This document shows positions 1-15,490 of a stretch of DNA of 64,000 nucleotides, in pieces. Origin of the DNA: Octopus vulgaris. Lineage: Eukaryota. The notes under the pieces were generated by a model, which made no database searches, was not told where the DNA came from, and saw only the letters and a program-made list of their open reading frames with translations. Position 1 is the first letter of the stretch, and each line of letters opens with the position of its first letter. The DNA lies in contig OX597834.1 in assembly GCA_951406725.2 (NCBI GenBank), positions 29,202,001 through 29,266,000 of the forward strand. The letters run 5' to 3'. Position numbers and translations under genes: made by a program.

Positions 1-65
1 TATGTGTGTGTGTGTGCATGTGTGTGCATGTGGCCAACTTTGTCTTCCATCCTTTTAGAGTTGAT

Positions 66-349
66 AGCCTCGGGCCGTTGCCAGCCTCGTCTGGCCCGCG
101 TGCCAGTGGCACATAAAAAGCACCATCCAATCATGGCCGTTTTGCCAGCCTTGTCTGGCACCTGTGCAGGTGGCACGTAAAAAGCACCCACTACACTCAC
201 GGCGTGGTTGGCGTTAGGAAGGGCATCCAGCCGTAGAAACACTGCTCGATCAGACTGGGCCTGGCACAGCCTTCTGGCTTCCCAGACCCCGATTGAACCG
301 TCCAACCCATGCTAGCATGGAAAACGGACGTTAAACGATGATGATGATG
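66..349 (+). mobile_element. RTE LINE 3' end with (GAT)n tail
   Basis: ...ccgtccaacccatgctagcatggaaaacggacgttaaacgatgatgatg matches the 3' end of the 61118-61894 copy. Confidence 0.75.
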
Positions 350-613
350 AAATTTGAGTATCAGTCAAATAGTAGGGCTGGTGTTATTGACCAGACCTTC
401 TCTATGCAACAGTGAACCTGGTACCAAAATCTGAATCTCTTATTAACTTTACATTTTGAGTTGCTTTTCTGTTGGGCTGAACTTAGCTTCATCATCATCA
501 TCATTATCATCACTATCACAATCATTATCTTCATCATTCTAGCAGCTACACTTTCAGCACACCCTCCCCTGCTACTGACTTGGTCATCTAGGTAATGGAA
601 GCTATCAACTACT

Positions 614-1565
614 TCAAGTTTTTCTCCCTGGAAACTTCTCCTCTAGTTCTGATAGTGACTCAGCAATTAGAGCAAGGTCGTCAGCAGAGAGGAGCTCCCA
701 GGGGTATCCTGTCTTGAATTCCTCTGTTATTGCCTGAAGGACTATGATAAATAGGAGGGAGCTGAGGACTGAACCTTGGCGGACCCCTGCCTCTACCCAG
801 AATTCTTCACTGTACTCGTTGCCAACCCTCACCTTACTGACAGCATCCCTGTATGTGGCTTGCACAGTTCTCACTAACCATTCACCTATCCCTAGTTTCC
901 TCATTGACCACAAGATAAGTGATCGGGGGACCCTGTCAAAGTCTTTCTCCATATCAACAAAAGCCAGGTACAGAGGTTTATCTTTGGCTAGGTATTTCTC
1001 CTGCAGCTGTCTTATCAGAAATATAGCATCAGTGATGCTTTTTCCTGGCACGAACCCAAACTGCATCTCATCTAAACTGATTCTCTCCCTAATTAGTTGG
1101 GCTATGACCCTCTCCATGACCTTCATTATCTGATCCAACAACTTGATACCTCTGTAATTATTTGTATCTAAAGTGTCACCTTTATCTTTGTTGCAGTTGA
1201 CTATGGTGCTGCTACACCAGTCATTGGGTATGACACCTTCATGTATCACCTGGTTAACTATACAGGTGACTAGGCTATAGCTAACACCACCAGATATTTT
1301 GAGCATCTCTGCAGTGATTCCTGATGGGCCAAGGGCTTTCCCTGTCTTCATATTCTTAATTGCTTTATCTACCAAGGTACTGTCAATTCGGATAGCTGGT
1401 CCCTCTGTTGGGTTGACATTCGGCAGACTCTCTTTCTCTCATTCATTCTGTTTATTGAGCAACCTTTCATAGTGGTGTCTCCAAACCTCTCTCTTTGCAG
1501 CCTCGTTTAGTGCAAGTGAACCATCATCCATGCGGACAAATTTCTCTCGTACGCCATCACGATTC
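614..1565 (-). mobile_element. RTE-clade LINE reverse transcriptase fragment (inactive)
   Basis: Motifs KTGKALGPSGITAEMLK, NYRGIKLL, QFGFVPGKSITDAIF, AFVDMEKDFDRV, GVRQGSVLS and a mutated LSADD (normally YADD). It is truncated after the DD motif and has an upstream stop. Confidence 0.9.
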
Positions 1566-3049
1566 TATGATGATGATGTTTATTATTATTGAGTGAGAGA
1601 GTAATGCATGCCATTAAGTGACCCTGAAGTACAAATACTTGAAGCCCAATATACCCAACATGACTACCCATCTGATAAGGGTATACCAGGCATATGTATC
1701 ACAACCATATGTGCACGACATGGTGATCTCATATCAAGATAAACAGGGCATGACTTTACAGGTTGGGCCCAGTTAGAATTTTCTTAGGTTGAGTAGCCCA
1801 TCCCACTCAAAAGGTCCCTGAATAAGGGTTGTTTAAGGATGTTGAACGAAACACCCATGTTTCCTGAGATGAATTATTCAAACCCCAAAGAATTTCTCTC
1901 AACACATGGCTATGATGCTCCCCCACTACTTCTGCTTGTGATCAGCAATGCACATAACGTCAACCACTAAAGGACATGCTCAACTAGTTAAGGTCAAACA
2001 ACTGACAAGCAAATCTGTGGTATTGAGCAGGATATTTGCTGTAGCCCATCTTTTATACCAAGACAAAACATGTACATAACACTTCCAATCACTTAAGATC
2101 AGAAGCCATGTGAGCCATTATCATCATCATCATCATCATCATATGTTTCACTTCTCAGAGATCTTGCTTTCCCTTGCTCTGTCTAATTCTATAAAAACAG
2201 ACAACAATCTGCTTTCAAAAGTCTCAGAGGTTCTTCTTCCACAATACTTAACATCCAAGAACCAATCTCAAAATCCTTGCTGTCCCCCAATAAAACAGTT
2301 TTCTCAGCATGTGTTACCCTCATGTCGATCCCAATTTCTCCAACAAATTTCTAAAAAACTTGGTTTGTTAACGCTCCCTGTAATAGCAGTAGTAGTAGTG
2401 ATAGTGGTGATGGCAGTGGTGGTGCTGGTGCTGGTGACAATACTGGTGATATTGAATGGTGGTGGTGTTCTTAACAACACACATACACGCACAAATCCAA
2501 CTTTAACACTGCAGGATCAACGTAACATATGTCAGGATATTGTTTCAGTGTTTTTAGTGAACCATGTGCGTGCGTGTACATGTATACGCGCGTGTGTAAT
2601 ATACTTTACTGCATGTAACATGTTTATAGTGAGTGTATAACAATACAGTCCAATATGTTAGTACATGTAACAATAACAATATGCTCTGATGTGATCAATA
2701 TGTAATGCACATATGTGTGTGTTTGTATGCATACACACACACACACACATATACATATGCATGCATATATACATGTATGGTACGTACGTATGTATACACC
2801 TGTGCTTAGATATAAAGTAAATAGACTGTCTGTCTATATATCAATACATTTATCAATATTCTTATTGATATTCGTTCCTATTTCTTTGAATGTATCTGTG
2901 TATTCATCTAAACATCATCTACCTGTCTGCCTGCCTACCTGTCTGCCTGCCTACCTGTCTGCCTGTCTACCTGTCTCTTTCTTTTCTCTCTTCTCTGTTG
3001 TGGGTGTGTGTGTGTGTAAGCATTTGTATGAATACTAGCATACACACAT

Positions 3050-3247
3050 ATCATCATCATCATCATCATCATCGTTTAACGTCCGTTTTCCATGCTAGCA
3101 TGGGTTGGACGGTTTTGACTGAGGGCTGGCAACCAGATGGCTGCACCAGGCTCCAGTCTTGATCTGGCAGAGTTTCTACAGCTAGATGCCCTTCCTAACG
3201 CCAACCACTCTGAGAGTGTAGTGGGTACTTTTTACGTGCCACCTGCA
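3050..3247 (-). mobile_element. RTE LINE 3' end fragment
   Basis: (CAT)n followed by cgtttaacgtccgttttccatgctagcatggg...atgcccttcctaacgccaaccactc. Confidence 0.75.
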
Positions 3248-3354
3248 CATATATATTCACATAATATACAAAATACATATATATTACATATAGACATGCA
3301 CATATACCTACATATTTATACATACATACATACATACACACATATATGTAAATC

Positions 3355-3401
<47 letters not shown>

Positions 3402-4257
3402 ATATATACATATGTATATATATATGTATGTATGAAGAAATACATACAAAGATAATATTGTGTATGTGTGAGTAGCAGCATTTTGTCGATCCTTACATTC
3501 TGAGTTCAAATTCTGCCATGGTCAACTTTACTTTTCATCCTTTCAGGGTTGATAAATTAAGTACCAGTGAAACCCTGGGGTTGATGTAATCGATTAGTCC
3601 CCTCCCCTAAAATTTCAGGCCTTGTGCCAATAGATGAAAGGATTGTTATTATCATTGTGTAGATGTGTTTCTGTGTTGCGTGTGTGTGAACTTGATCTAT
3701 AAATTAAGAGTGAATTTTGTGTATATGTTTAGAGTTGAACTGTTGATGTTCCAGTAATCTGATGAGAAAGCTTTTCTTATCTGCATTAATTTGTGAATAT
3801 ACAACTGTATTGTATAATGTTGTGCACACATTAGTGCATAATTTCTGGTGTATAGAAATTAATTTGGCGTGAAGAAGGTAGTGAAACAGCCATAATCTTA
3901 TGAAAGTCAACTGGTTAAATTAATATATATTCACCTTACATACCTCATGTCTTTATAATCCTCACAAAATAATTTTATCACTTGGAATGTCTAGATTTTT
4001 CGTAAAATGGACACTTTACATAACACTACTTCATAACTGATTACTTTGTGGACTGACTGATAACCAACTCCATACAAGGAGCTTACTGTGCTAGTCACAC
4101 TGCTCATATATATATGTGTGTGTGTGTGTGTGTATACATACATACACCCCCCCGTATGTATGTATATGTATACAGGTAGAAAATACATAGTAAAAGGCTA
4201 GAATGAAATATATATATATATAAAGAGATAGAGAAGTATTTAACATATACAACCATA

Positions 4258-4694
4258 GGCGTAGGAGTGGCTGTGTGGTAAGTAGCTTGCTTACGAACCA
4301 CATCGTTCCGGGTTCAGTCCCACTGTGTGGCACCTTGGGTAAGTGTCTTCAACTATAGCCTTGGGCCAACCAAAGCCTTTCGAGTGGATTTGGTAGATGG
4401 AAACTGAAAGAAGCCCATCATATATATGTATATATATATATATATATGTATGCGCGTGTTTGTGTATCTGTGTTTGTCCCCCCAACATCGCTTGACAACC
4501 GATGCTGGTGTGTTTACGTCCCCGTAACTTAGCGGTTTGGCAAAAAAGATACCGATAAAATAAGTACTAGGCTTACAAAGAATAAGTCTTGGGGTTGATT
4601 TGATCGACTAAAGGCGGTGCTCCAGCATGGCCACAGTCACATGACTGAAACAAGTAAAAGAGTAAAAGAGTAAAAGAGTAAAAGAGAGTAAAGA
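4258..4694 (+). mobile_element. tRNA-derived SINE family A (~400 bp)
   Basis: A box tggctgtgtggtaag, B box gggttcagtccc, CORE-like cttgggcaagt, internal (TA)n(TG)n, and (gtaaaaga)n tail. More than 12 copies occur in the window. Confidence 0.9.
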
Positions 4695-4756
4695 GTATAT
4701 ACATAATAACACATAAACACATATATTCAATTACACACAGCATACACAAACAAATA

Positions 4757-4794
<38 letters not shown>

Positions 4795-5083
4795 AAGTAA
4801 TAGCACATACTCAACCAAAAGCTAATGGTGGCATTGGTGGAAGGAAGGGTTCCACATGTAGCAGCATAAGTATCGGTTAATCAAATGTGATAAGTTGCTT
4901 TAATAGATCACTTTTATTACAGGAAGACTACTATCTTGGAGAAGCATGCCATAATGGTAAATTCTACATCTCAAATCTTCTCACTCCTGCAAGGAACTAA
5001 ATGCAATAATGGAAGAAGAAATGGCAACAAGAACCAGTGTTTCCTTACCAACTGCTGCTGCCATTACATAGACACTCAGCTCT

Positions 5084-5607
<524 letters not shown>

Positions 5608-6232
5608 ATTTACTTTATATTGCTGTCCCTCTCTCTATCCATCTATCTAACTATATTTCTCATTTGTTGTCCTTGTCCCTCTCTCTCTCTCTCTCTCTCT
5701 CACTTCCTTTCTTCATCTATTTCTCTCTTCTATCTGACTATCAGTCTGTCTTTCTCTCTCTCTCTCTCTCCCACTTTGTTCCTCTTGTTTCTATCTCTCT
5801 CTCTCTCTGTTTATCTGTCTCTCTCTCTCGTTCTCTCTCTCTCTCTCTCACTACCTATCTTCATCTATTTCTCTCTTCTATATGACTATCAGTCTGTCTT
5901 CTCTCTCTCTCTCTCACTTTGTTCCTCTTGTTTCTATCTCTCTCTCTCTGTTTATCTGTCTCTCTCTCTGTCTCTCTCCTCTCCATCTTCATCTTTTCTC
6001 TCTCTGTTCGTCTGTCTTTCTCTCTTTTTCTCCCTTTGTTCCTCTTGTTTTCTCTCTCTCTCTCTCTCTGTTTATCTGTCTCTCTCTTTCTCCCACTCTC
6101 TTTTCTCTTTCTCACACTTTCTTTTCTTCCTCCTTCTCTCTCTCTGTCTTTGTCATTTTGTTAATCTTTATTGCTCTTCCTTTGCTTATTTCCATACAGA
6201 CCAATGTTCACACTCACACATGTACACATATA

Positions 6233-6464
6233 TATTTCTTTATTGCCCACAAGGGGCTAAACATAGAGGGGACAAACAAGGACAGACAAACGGATTAAGT
6301 CAATTACATCGGCCCCAGTGTGTAACTGGTACTTAATTTATCGACCCCGAAAGGATGAAAGGCAAAGTCGACCTCGGCGGAATTTGAACTCACAACGTAA
6401 CGGCAGACGAAATAAGGCTACGCATTTCGTCCGGCATGCTAACGTTTCTGCCAGCTCGCCGCCT
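6233..6464 (-). mobile_element. SINE family B (~230 bp)
   Basis: Head ggcggcgagctggcagaa, B box gagttcaaattcc, central gcctttcatcctttcggggtcgataaattaagtaccag (resembles the MetaSINE-type domain), tail ttgtgggcaataaagaaata. Confidence 0.85.
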
Positions 6465-6561
6465 ATACACATATATACTTACATACACATACGTATGTAT
6501 ATGCAGATGTGCACGCACGCACACACACACACATATATATATGTATATATACACATATATA

Positions 6562-6988
6562 GGTGCAGGAGTGGCTGTGTGGTAAGTAGCTTGCTAACCA
6601 ACCACATGGTTGCGGGTTCAGTCCCACTGCATGGCATCTTGGGCAAGTGTCTTCTGCTATAGCCCCGGGCCGACCAATGCCTTGTGAGTGGATTTGGTAG
6701 ACGGAAACTGAAAGAAGCCTGTCGTATATATGTATATATATATATATATGTGTGTGTGTATATGTTTGTGTGTCTGTGTTTGTCCCCCTAGCATTGCTTG
6801 ACAACCGATGCTGGTGTGTTTACGTTCCCGTCACTTAGCGGTTCGGCAAAAGAGACCAAAAGAATAAGTATTGGGCTTACAAAGAATAAGTCCCAGGGGT
6901 CGATTTGCTCGACTAAAGGCGGTGCTCCAGCATGGCCGCAGTCAAATGACTGAAACAAGTAAAAGAGTAAAAGAGTAAAAGAGAGAGT
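6562..6988 (+). mobile_element. SINE family A
   Basis: Full-length match to the other copies. Confidence 0.9.
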
Positions 6989-7142
6989 ATATCTGAAGGG
7001 CCAAGAGTTTCCTGCATTTGCTGAAATCCTCAATCCTTGAATAACTCTGTTGCTTCTCCTGGAGATTAATAAATATACATATGCTCATATTTTTACTGTT
7101 TGCATCACCACACCTATACACACAAACACACATATATAGATA

Positions 7143-7373
7143 TATTTCTTTATTGCCCACAAGGGGCTAAACATAGAGGGGACAAACAAGGACAGACAAA
7201 GGGATTAAGTCGATTACATCAATCCCAGTGCGTAACTGGTACTTAATTTATCGACCCTGAAAGGATGAAAGGCAAAGTCGACCTCGGCGGAATTTGAACT
7301 CACAATGTAACAGCAGACGAAATACGGCTATGCATTTCGCCCGGCATGCTAACGTTTCTGCCAGCTCGCCGCC
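7143..7373 (-). mobile_element. SINE family B
   Basis: Near-identical to 6233-6464. Confidence 0.85.
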
Positions 7374-7721
7374 CAGATAGATAGAGAGAAGGTTGGATGT
7401 GGTGTACAAGACGGAGCAAGAAACACCTGAAATAGGCATGGACATCTATCCATTTCCTGTTTGTTTGGGTTAGGGTTAGGGTTAGGGTCATTTGCACTGT
7501 TTACATTGCTGTATTCATATGTGAAGCATCAGAACTTTTAGCGCTGGTTCTAAATTCTAAAGACAATCTGTAAGACTTAACTTAAAAACTGACTGAATCT
7601 GTCTGCTGACTGAAAAAGTTGCACTTAGTATTTTCACTTATAAACCTTTCATATACTTTGGTAGAATATAAGGTTGCAAAACGAAATAGAGTGTCTGTAC
7701 CAGCAATTAACATGTACCAGC

Positions 7722-7840
<119 letters not shown>

Positions 7841-7944
7841 CAACAACAACAACAACAACAGCAGCAGTAGTAGCAGCAGCAGTAGTAGCAGCAGCAGCAG
7901 CCACCGCAGCCACCAACCACCACCACCACCACCACCACCGCCAT

Positions 7945-8290
7945 CATCATCATCATCATCATCAACATCATCATCATTCAACGTCCATTTCCCATGTGGG
8001 CATGGGTTCGATGGTTGAACTAGAACTGGTAAGCTGGAGGGCTGCACCAGGTTCCAGTCTCATTTGGCATGGTTTCTATGGCTGGATGCCTTTCCTAATG
8101 CCAACCACTCCGAGAGTGTAGTGGGTGCTTTTTACGTGCCACTGGCACAGATGCCATTCACCTGACACCACTGGCAGCAGCCATGACTTTTATTTCACTT
8201 GGTTTGATGAATCTTCTCTAGCACAGCATATCACAAAAAGGTCTTGGCCACTTGTCATTGCCTCCGTGAGGCCTGACATTTGAAGATCAC
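7945..8290 (-). mobile_element. Diverged RTE LINE 3' end fragment
   Basis: Same 3' UTR motifs, plus an ORF-end remnant (gtcattgcctccgtgaggcc). Confidence 0.65.
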
Positions 8291-8555
8291 ACTATTGGCA
8301 AGGGCCACGGTTACGATTGCACAGGTGCCATATATGTATCTAAATGCCTATGTGTATGTTGGTGATTCTTTGGTTGAGCACAGGTCACGGCAACAGGAAA
8401 GCACATCCAGCCATAGGAAAACTATCTCAATAAAGCCTGTCTGACTCAAATGAGGCAAGTAAACATTAAAAGATGAGGACAAAACATAGAGATGCGTCTC
8501 TATCTATCTGTCTGTCTGTCTGTCCCTACCTCTCCCTCAATTTATATACATATAC

Positions 8556-8646
<91 letters not shown>

Positions 8647-8665
8647 GTAATATATATATATATAT

Positions 8666-8718
<53 letters not shown>

Positions 8719-9494
8719 TATGTGTATATATATATATATACACATATATATATATAACACATATATATGTACATATATATATACACATATATATGTATAT
8801 ATATATATATATATATATACATACACATATATACATATGTGTATATATATACACATATGTATATGTATATACACACACACACACACACACATGTATGTAT
8901 ATATATATATATATATATGGCATTGGAAAAATAAAGAAACTCATACTTGAATGAATTTTAAAATGATGACAATGGTAGTGGTACCAGAGCTGCTGCTGGT
9001 GCTGCTGCTGCTATTGCTATTGCTACTTACGCAGCTGATGATGATGATGATGATGGTGGTGATGGCGATGACGACGACGATGTCAATGATGATGATGATG
9101 ATGATGATGATGGCAATGATGGTGGTGGTGGTGATGACGATGATGATGATGACGTGATAAATTATCATTTCAAATTATCTGCAAATTGGAAATGGAAGTA
9201 GTTGTAAAGATAACGGATAAGTCTATTGATGAGAAGTGATTGGGGGTGAGACATCAATAGAAGTTGATTGAATCAATCAGATTAGAAAACTAGGAGAGTG
9301 GGTGGGGGGGGAGAGGAGTAGAGGAAGATGGGTGGAAGAAAAAGAAAAAAAGAATGAGAGAGAGAGAGAGAGAAAAGGAAAGAAGAGAGAGTGAAAGTGA
9401 AAGAGTAAAAAATGTGTAAAGAAATGTCAGTAAATTTTATACATATACACTAATATTATATGTTTAAATATATATATGTGTATATATATATATG

Positions 9495-9572
<78 letters not shown>

Positions 9573-9788
9573 TATAGATTATATGTATATGCATACACAC
9601 GCGCATAACTATTTTATACATATATATATATATATATGCATACACATATACATACATGTGTGCATAAGCCTTAACAATATAGGTAATTATATTCATACAT
9701 ATACACACATACACACATTAATATACATACATTTCAATATGTACATATATACTTATTTGTGTGTGTGTGTGTGTGTAAATATATACAG

Positions 9789-9823
<35 letters not shown>

Positions 9824-9975
9824 CATATATATATGTATAAATTTCATCTATTGATATATTTTTATGTGTGTATGTATAAATACATTTACATATATGTGTG
9901 AATGTCTGTATGTATATAAGTGAATGTATGAATGTATGTAGGGACGTGTAGGCACAAGTGTGCGCACGTATGTAT

Positions 9976-10037
<62 letters not shown>

Positions 10038-10559
10038 GATTCTCAGATGAGACACAACAGAAAACAAGATGACCAAAATAACTTTCAATTTATCTGCCAG
10101 CGATGAGACAACAAGCGAGAACTTTAACAACAACTGCAACATCACTTTCTACCACCACCACTGCTTACTTCGACAGGTACTTCTATTTTTGCCATCAAGT
10201 TAAAGAGAAGTTTTATACTCACCAACATCATCATCATCAAAGGAGCAAAAAGAGACCACTCATTGTGGGTCCATAATCAGCAAGAAATAGAAGCCAAATG
10301 TCCCTCCAATCACAATCTTTTCTTCACTCTCTCTGTCTTTTTTATTTGAATCTCTCTCTCTCTCACATATTTTCTCGGTCTCCCTCTCTCCCTCTGTATG
10401 TTTGTGTGTGTGTGTCTGTGTGTGTATAAATATATCTATATACGTTAATATTGAACAGTGAGAATGAGTGCTCAACACTGCTTTGATGGATAAATACCAT
10501 TGAGGGATATCTCTCTCTCAACATGAAACCAATGGTAGTCTGATTATCCTGTGAGTGAA

Positions 10560-10610
<51 letters not shown>

Positions 10611-10714
10611 TAGATATATACACACACATATATATGTATACACATATATATTTAAATATGAAAATAAGAAAGAGAGATGACAAAGGAATAAATTATTATC
10701 TTATGAACTTCATT

Positions 10715-10797
10715 AGCTTACAACTGTTTCTGCTATAAGATGCAGTGGGCTTATAGTTGAGTGCCTGAGTAACACCTTAGAGCTTCATCAGAGCCCT
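10715..10797 (-). ncRNA. Hammerhead candidate with a long stem II
   Basis: Minus strand reads agggct-CTGATGA-agctctaag...cttatagca-GAAA-cagttg-TA-agct. Confidence 0.5.
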
Positions 10798-11638
10798 CTT
10801 GTGGAACTACGTCCGGTTTTAGGAGTAGGGGCCGAAACCGGACGTGGTTCCTCCTGATGATGTCTTGAGCTAACTGGATCCTATAAAGGAGCTGTTGTGG
10901 TAGCAGACCATGAAACACGGCTGTAATTCCTCCTGCAGTGGACTCATAGTTGAGTGCCTGAGTAACACCTTAGAGCTTCATCAGAGCCCTGAATACGAAG
11001 TGCAATTTATTTTGGTAAAAAGAATTACATTTGTGTCTATATAAGGAACAGTATCAAGTCAATACAGATGTACATCAGAAAAACATATGTCCAAAATGTA
11101 ATTAGGTGCATTAGTGGAAATATATGGATAAATACGTACAAACACACTTTGAGGCAGTTGCAGATATAGAAAGACATACACACACACACACACACACTCA
11201 AAAACCCAACTCACAGGTACACAGAGACTTGCACGCACACACACACACACTGGGACATACGTACGCATGTATGTGTGTACCCAGACACCCAGACTTCCAC
11301 AGGCAATCAGTATCACCACCAGCACCATCATTGCCATAAACAGCTCCACCAATGTCTGTCTCTGTCTCCATCGCTTCCACTATTAGCATCACCGACACAC
11401 TACATCAATTACCGCCACCGCTGCCACAACCACCAGTAATGCATCCCTCTCTGTTGTGATGCGGTTTAGCTATCAAAGACATAGAAGGTGGACTTCTGCA
11501 TTGCTGTGTCTTTGAGACATAGAAGTAATTTCACCTGATCTCTGAGGAATTCTTCAATACTTAAATTGATTCTGTATCCGGAATCTTCTGTAAGAAATTA
11601 TTGAAAGACCATACCTACATATAACGCACAAACGTATA

Positions 11639-11682
<44 letters not shown>

Positions 11683-11775
11683 TACATGTATATATATATG
11701 CATATATATATGTATGTGTATATATATATATATATATATATGAATACATGTATATATATGCATATATATATATAG

Positions 11776-11820
<45 letters not shown>

Positions 11821-11856
11821 AATACATGTATATATATGCATATATATCTATATATG

Positions 11857-11901
<45 letters not shown>

Positions 11902-12293
11902 TGTATGTATATATATGTGTGTGTGTATGTGTATATACACCATATATATATTATAAATTGTCTGTATACATATATATATATGAATAAATATAGATGTGTG
12001 TTTCTATGCATGGATATATGTATTTTTATATATATGTACATATGTGTATGTATATGTATCATCATCATTATGTGCACATCTTAAGCTGACATTGGTTGGA
12101 TGGCCATAGGTAGTACATGTGTGTGTGTGTGTGTATGAATATATGTATATAAGTATGTACGTATGTACTCTCTGTCTATTCTCAGCTAAACTCAATGTTT
12201 TATTCTGTCTTCAATGACTTAATCTCTTTAATTTTTTCCCTTTCTATTCTTAATATAATTGTGTGTCTGTGATTATGTATATAAGTTTATATA

Positions 12294-12708
12294 GGCGCAG
12301 GAGTGGCTGTGTGGTAAGTAGCTTGCTAACCAACCACATGGTTCCGGGTTCAGTCCCACTGCGTGGCATCTTGGGCAAGTGTCTTCTGCTATTGCCCCGG
12401 GCCGACCAATGCCTTGTGAGTGGATTTGGTAGACGGAAACTGAAAGAAGCCTGTCGTATATATGTGTATATATATATATGTGTGTTTGTGTGTCTGTGTT
12501 TGTCCCCCTAGCATTGCTTGACAACCGATGCTGGTGTGTTTACGTCCCCGTTACTTAGCGGTTCGGCAAAAGAGACTGATAGAATAAATACTGGGCTTAC
12601 AAAGAATTAGTCCCGGGGTCGATTTGCTCGACTAAAAGGCGGTGCTCCAGCATGGCCGCAGTCAAATGACTGAAACAAGTAAAAAAGAGTAAAAAAAAAA
12701 GAAGAGTA
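12294..12708 (+). mobile_element. SINE family A
   Basis: Full-length match. Confidence 0.9.
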
Positions 12709-12839
12709 TAGCCATGAATCTGGACAGATTGGTGATTTTCATTCACCTTGTTTCCCTCCTCTTCCCTTTAATACGATCTCTCTCTTTCGCTCTCTCTCTC
12801 TCTTTCTTCCTCATTTACTATCTTACAGTGAAAATACAT

Positions 12840-13200
12840 TGCGGCCGTGTGGTAAAAAGTTTGCTTCTCAACCACAGGGTTCTAGATTCAGTCCCATTGT
12901 GTGGTAAGGTGTTTTCTACTTTGCCCTCAGGCCGACCAAAGCTTTGTGTGTGGATTTGGTAGACGGAAACTCAGAGAAACTTGTTGTGTATGTGTGTGTG
13001 TCAGTGTTTGTACTCCACTACTAGTGTTAATGTGTTTGCATTCCTGTAACTTAACAGTTCAGCAAAAGAGACCAACAGAGTAAAGTATCAGGCTTCAAAG
13101 AAAAATATAATCATAGGTGTCTACTCATTTGACTAAAAAATTCTTCAAGGCAGTGCTCCAGCATGGCCACAGTCTAATGACTGAAACAAGTAAAAGATTA
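12840..13200 (+). mobile_element. Older diverged relative of SINE family A
   Basis: Same module order with more substitutions and an aaattcttcaaggc variant 3' part. Confidence 0.75.
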
Positions 13201-13325
13201 AAAAAACAAATGACTGAATGTCAAACTGTCCAACTCATACCAATATGGAAAGCGGATGTTAAATGATGATGATATATATATACATATGCACATACACACA
13301 TATAAAAGATATATATATGTACATA

Positions 13326-13724
13326 CTCTTTACTCTTTTACTCTTTTACTTGTTTCAGTCATTTGACTGCGGCCATGCTGGAGCACCGCCTTTAGTCGAG
13401 CAAATCGACCCCCGGGACTCATTGTTTGTAAGCCCAGTACTTATTCTATCAGTCTCTTTTTTTGCCGAACCGCTAAGTGACTGGGACGTAAACACACCAG
13501 CATTGGTTGTCAAGCAATGCTAGGGGAACAAACACAGACACACAAACACACACATGCATATATATTTATATACATATATACGACGGGCTTCTTTCAGTTT
13601 CCGTCTACCAAATCCACTCACAAGGCTTTAGTCGGCCCGAGGCTAGAGCAGAAGACACTTGCCCAAGGTGCCACGCAGTGGGACTGAACCCAGAACCATG
13701 TGGTTGGTAAGCAAGCTACTTACC

Positions 13725-13725
<1 letters not shown>
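13326..13725 (-). mobile_element. SINE family A
   Basis: Reverse-complement match with the head slightly clipped. Confidence 0.88.
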
Positions 13726-13767
<42 letters not shown>

Positions 13768-14765
13768 TGTAGACATACATAAGTGCATGTGTGTGTCTTC
13801 ACTCACCAAGGATCATCCAGTGGCAAATAAACTGCTATTAAGTCACACAATCTGTTAGAAACAGCAGCCAAATCTCCCTCAATCTCATATCTAGCATCTT
13901 AGAAATAAAGAACGCAAATAGCTGGGAAATTAAGAATGTTGGTGGAATGTTTTTCATGGATGTGATGGATTAAGTTTAAACAAGAAGAACAACATGGCTG
14001 GTAACACCAACTTCACCAATAATACTGCTGCCACCACCACCACCACCACCACCGCCACCAAAACTACCAATGATGTGGCCATCACATTTCTCATCCACCA
14101 CTATCATCATGACCAATATTACCGGTACTAATGCCACCACCACCACCACCATCATCATCATAATCATCATCCTCGCCATCTCTACCCCAACAACAACTAC
14201 CACAACCACCATCATCACCACCACCACCACCACCACCATCACCAACAAAACTACCACTACCATCATCACCACCATCACCAACAAAACTACCACTGCTGTC
14301 ATCACCACCACCACCACCAACAACACCACCATCTCTACCATCACCACCACCATCTCCACCACCACCACCAACACTATCTCTACCATCACCACCACCACCA
14401 CCACCATCTCCACCACCACCACCATCTCTACCACCACCACCACCACCACCACCACCATCTCCCCCCCCCCATCAACAATACCACCATTGGCCGAAGATTA
14501 GATATATTTAAATCTTAAGATCTAAGTGTATCAGAGGAAAGATATCGAGAGGGGTGGGTGAGACATTGTGGAGAAGAGGGGGTAGGGAGGGGGATGGGTG
14601 GATTATTTTGCTGCTTTTTTTTTTTAATCTTTTGTTTTCTTGCTGCTGAAGTGTAGAATTTTCCAGCATCAAAACACATTTATATACATACATATATAGG
14701 TATATATAAATATATGTGTGTGTGTGCATATACACACATTCATATACATACACATACATATACAC

Positions 14766-14807
<42 letters not shown>

Positions 14808-15029
14808 GATATATAACCATGCAACATACGCTGCATGTGTCTCACAAATGCTGGAAAACAAAATAGGAAGAAAATAAAAATGAAACCTCAAAAAGCGAAC
14901 ACTTTACAACAAAACTGTGAATTGCATGTGTATGTGTGTGTGTACACTACCTATATATCCATCTATCTGTCTCTCTACAGATATTAATATATACATATAT
15001 ATATACTACACATACATACACACAGATAG

Positions 15030-15080
<51 letters not shown>

Positions 15081-15258
15081 AGAAGGGAGGTTATAGGCCA
15101 CTGACCATTAGGGTTTGAGAAGACATATGTAAAATCAAGAACTTTATGGATGCAAACCCTATGACCCATCTATAACTATCTTTATCTAAATACTCTAACT
15201 CTACTGCACTGTAACTTAGAATGTGCTTCTCTTTTGGATTTATGATTTACTGATGAAG

Positions 15259-15322
<64 letters not shown>

Positions 15323-15381
15323 ATAATAAGGAGAATGAAGAATTTGAACATTCAAACTTTATGTTTATTTACCATTGGTTT

Positions 15382-15490
15382 ATTTATAATAATTGTCCAA
15401 TGTGTTTCGATCACATTAATTGCAAACTGTTGCATATTGATATGCAGTGATTTATGCATTATTAGTATGATCTCTTCAGGGTGTATAAAT
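15382..15490 (-). ncRNA. Degenerate hammerhead in an insert between two (TA)n tracts
   Basis: Minus strand reads atttatacacc-CTGAAGA-gatcata...tgtgatc-GAAA-cacattg. Stem II pairs well, but the UH cleavage site is missing. Confidence 0.45.

Noticed and set aside
744-1133. 129-aa plus-strand ORF
   Set aside because: It is the antisense shadow of the RTE reverse transcriptase fragment.
3758-3790. CTGATGA followed by a small hairpin
   Set aside because: No GAAA, stem III or stem I in the required positions.
7467-7487. (TTAGGG)3-like run; also (CCCTAA)3 at ~33294-33320
   Set aside because: Too short to indicate a telomere or fusion site in such a repeat-rich sequence.
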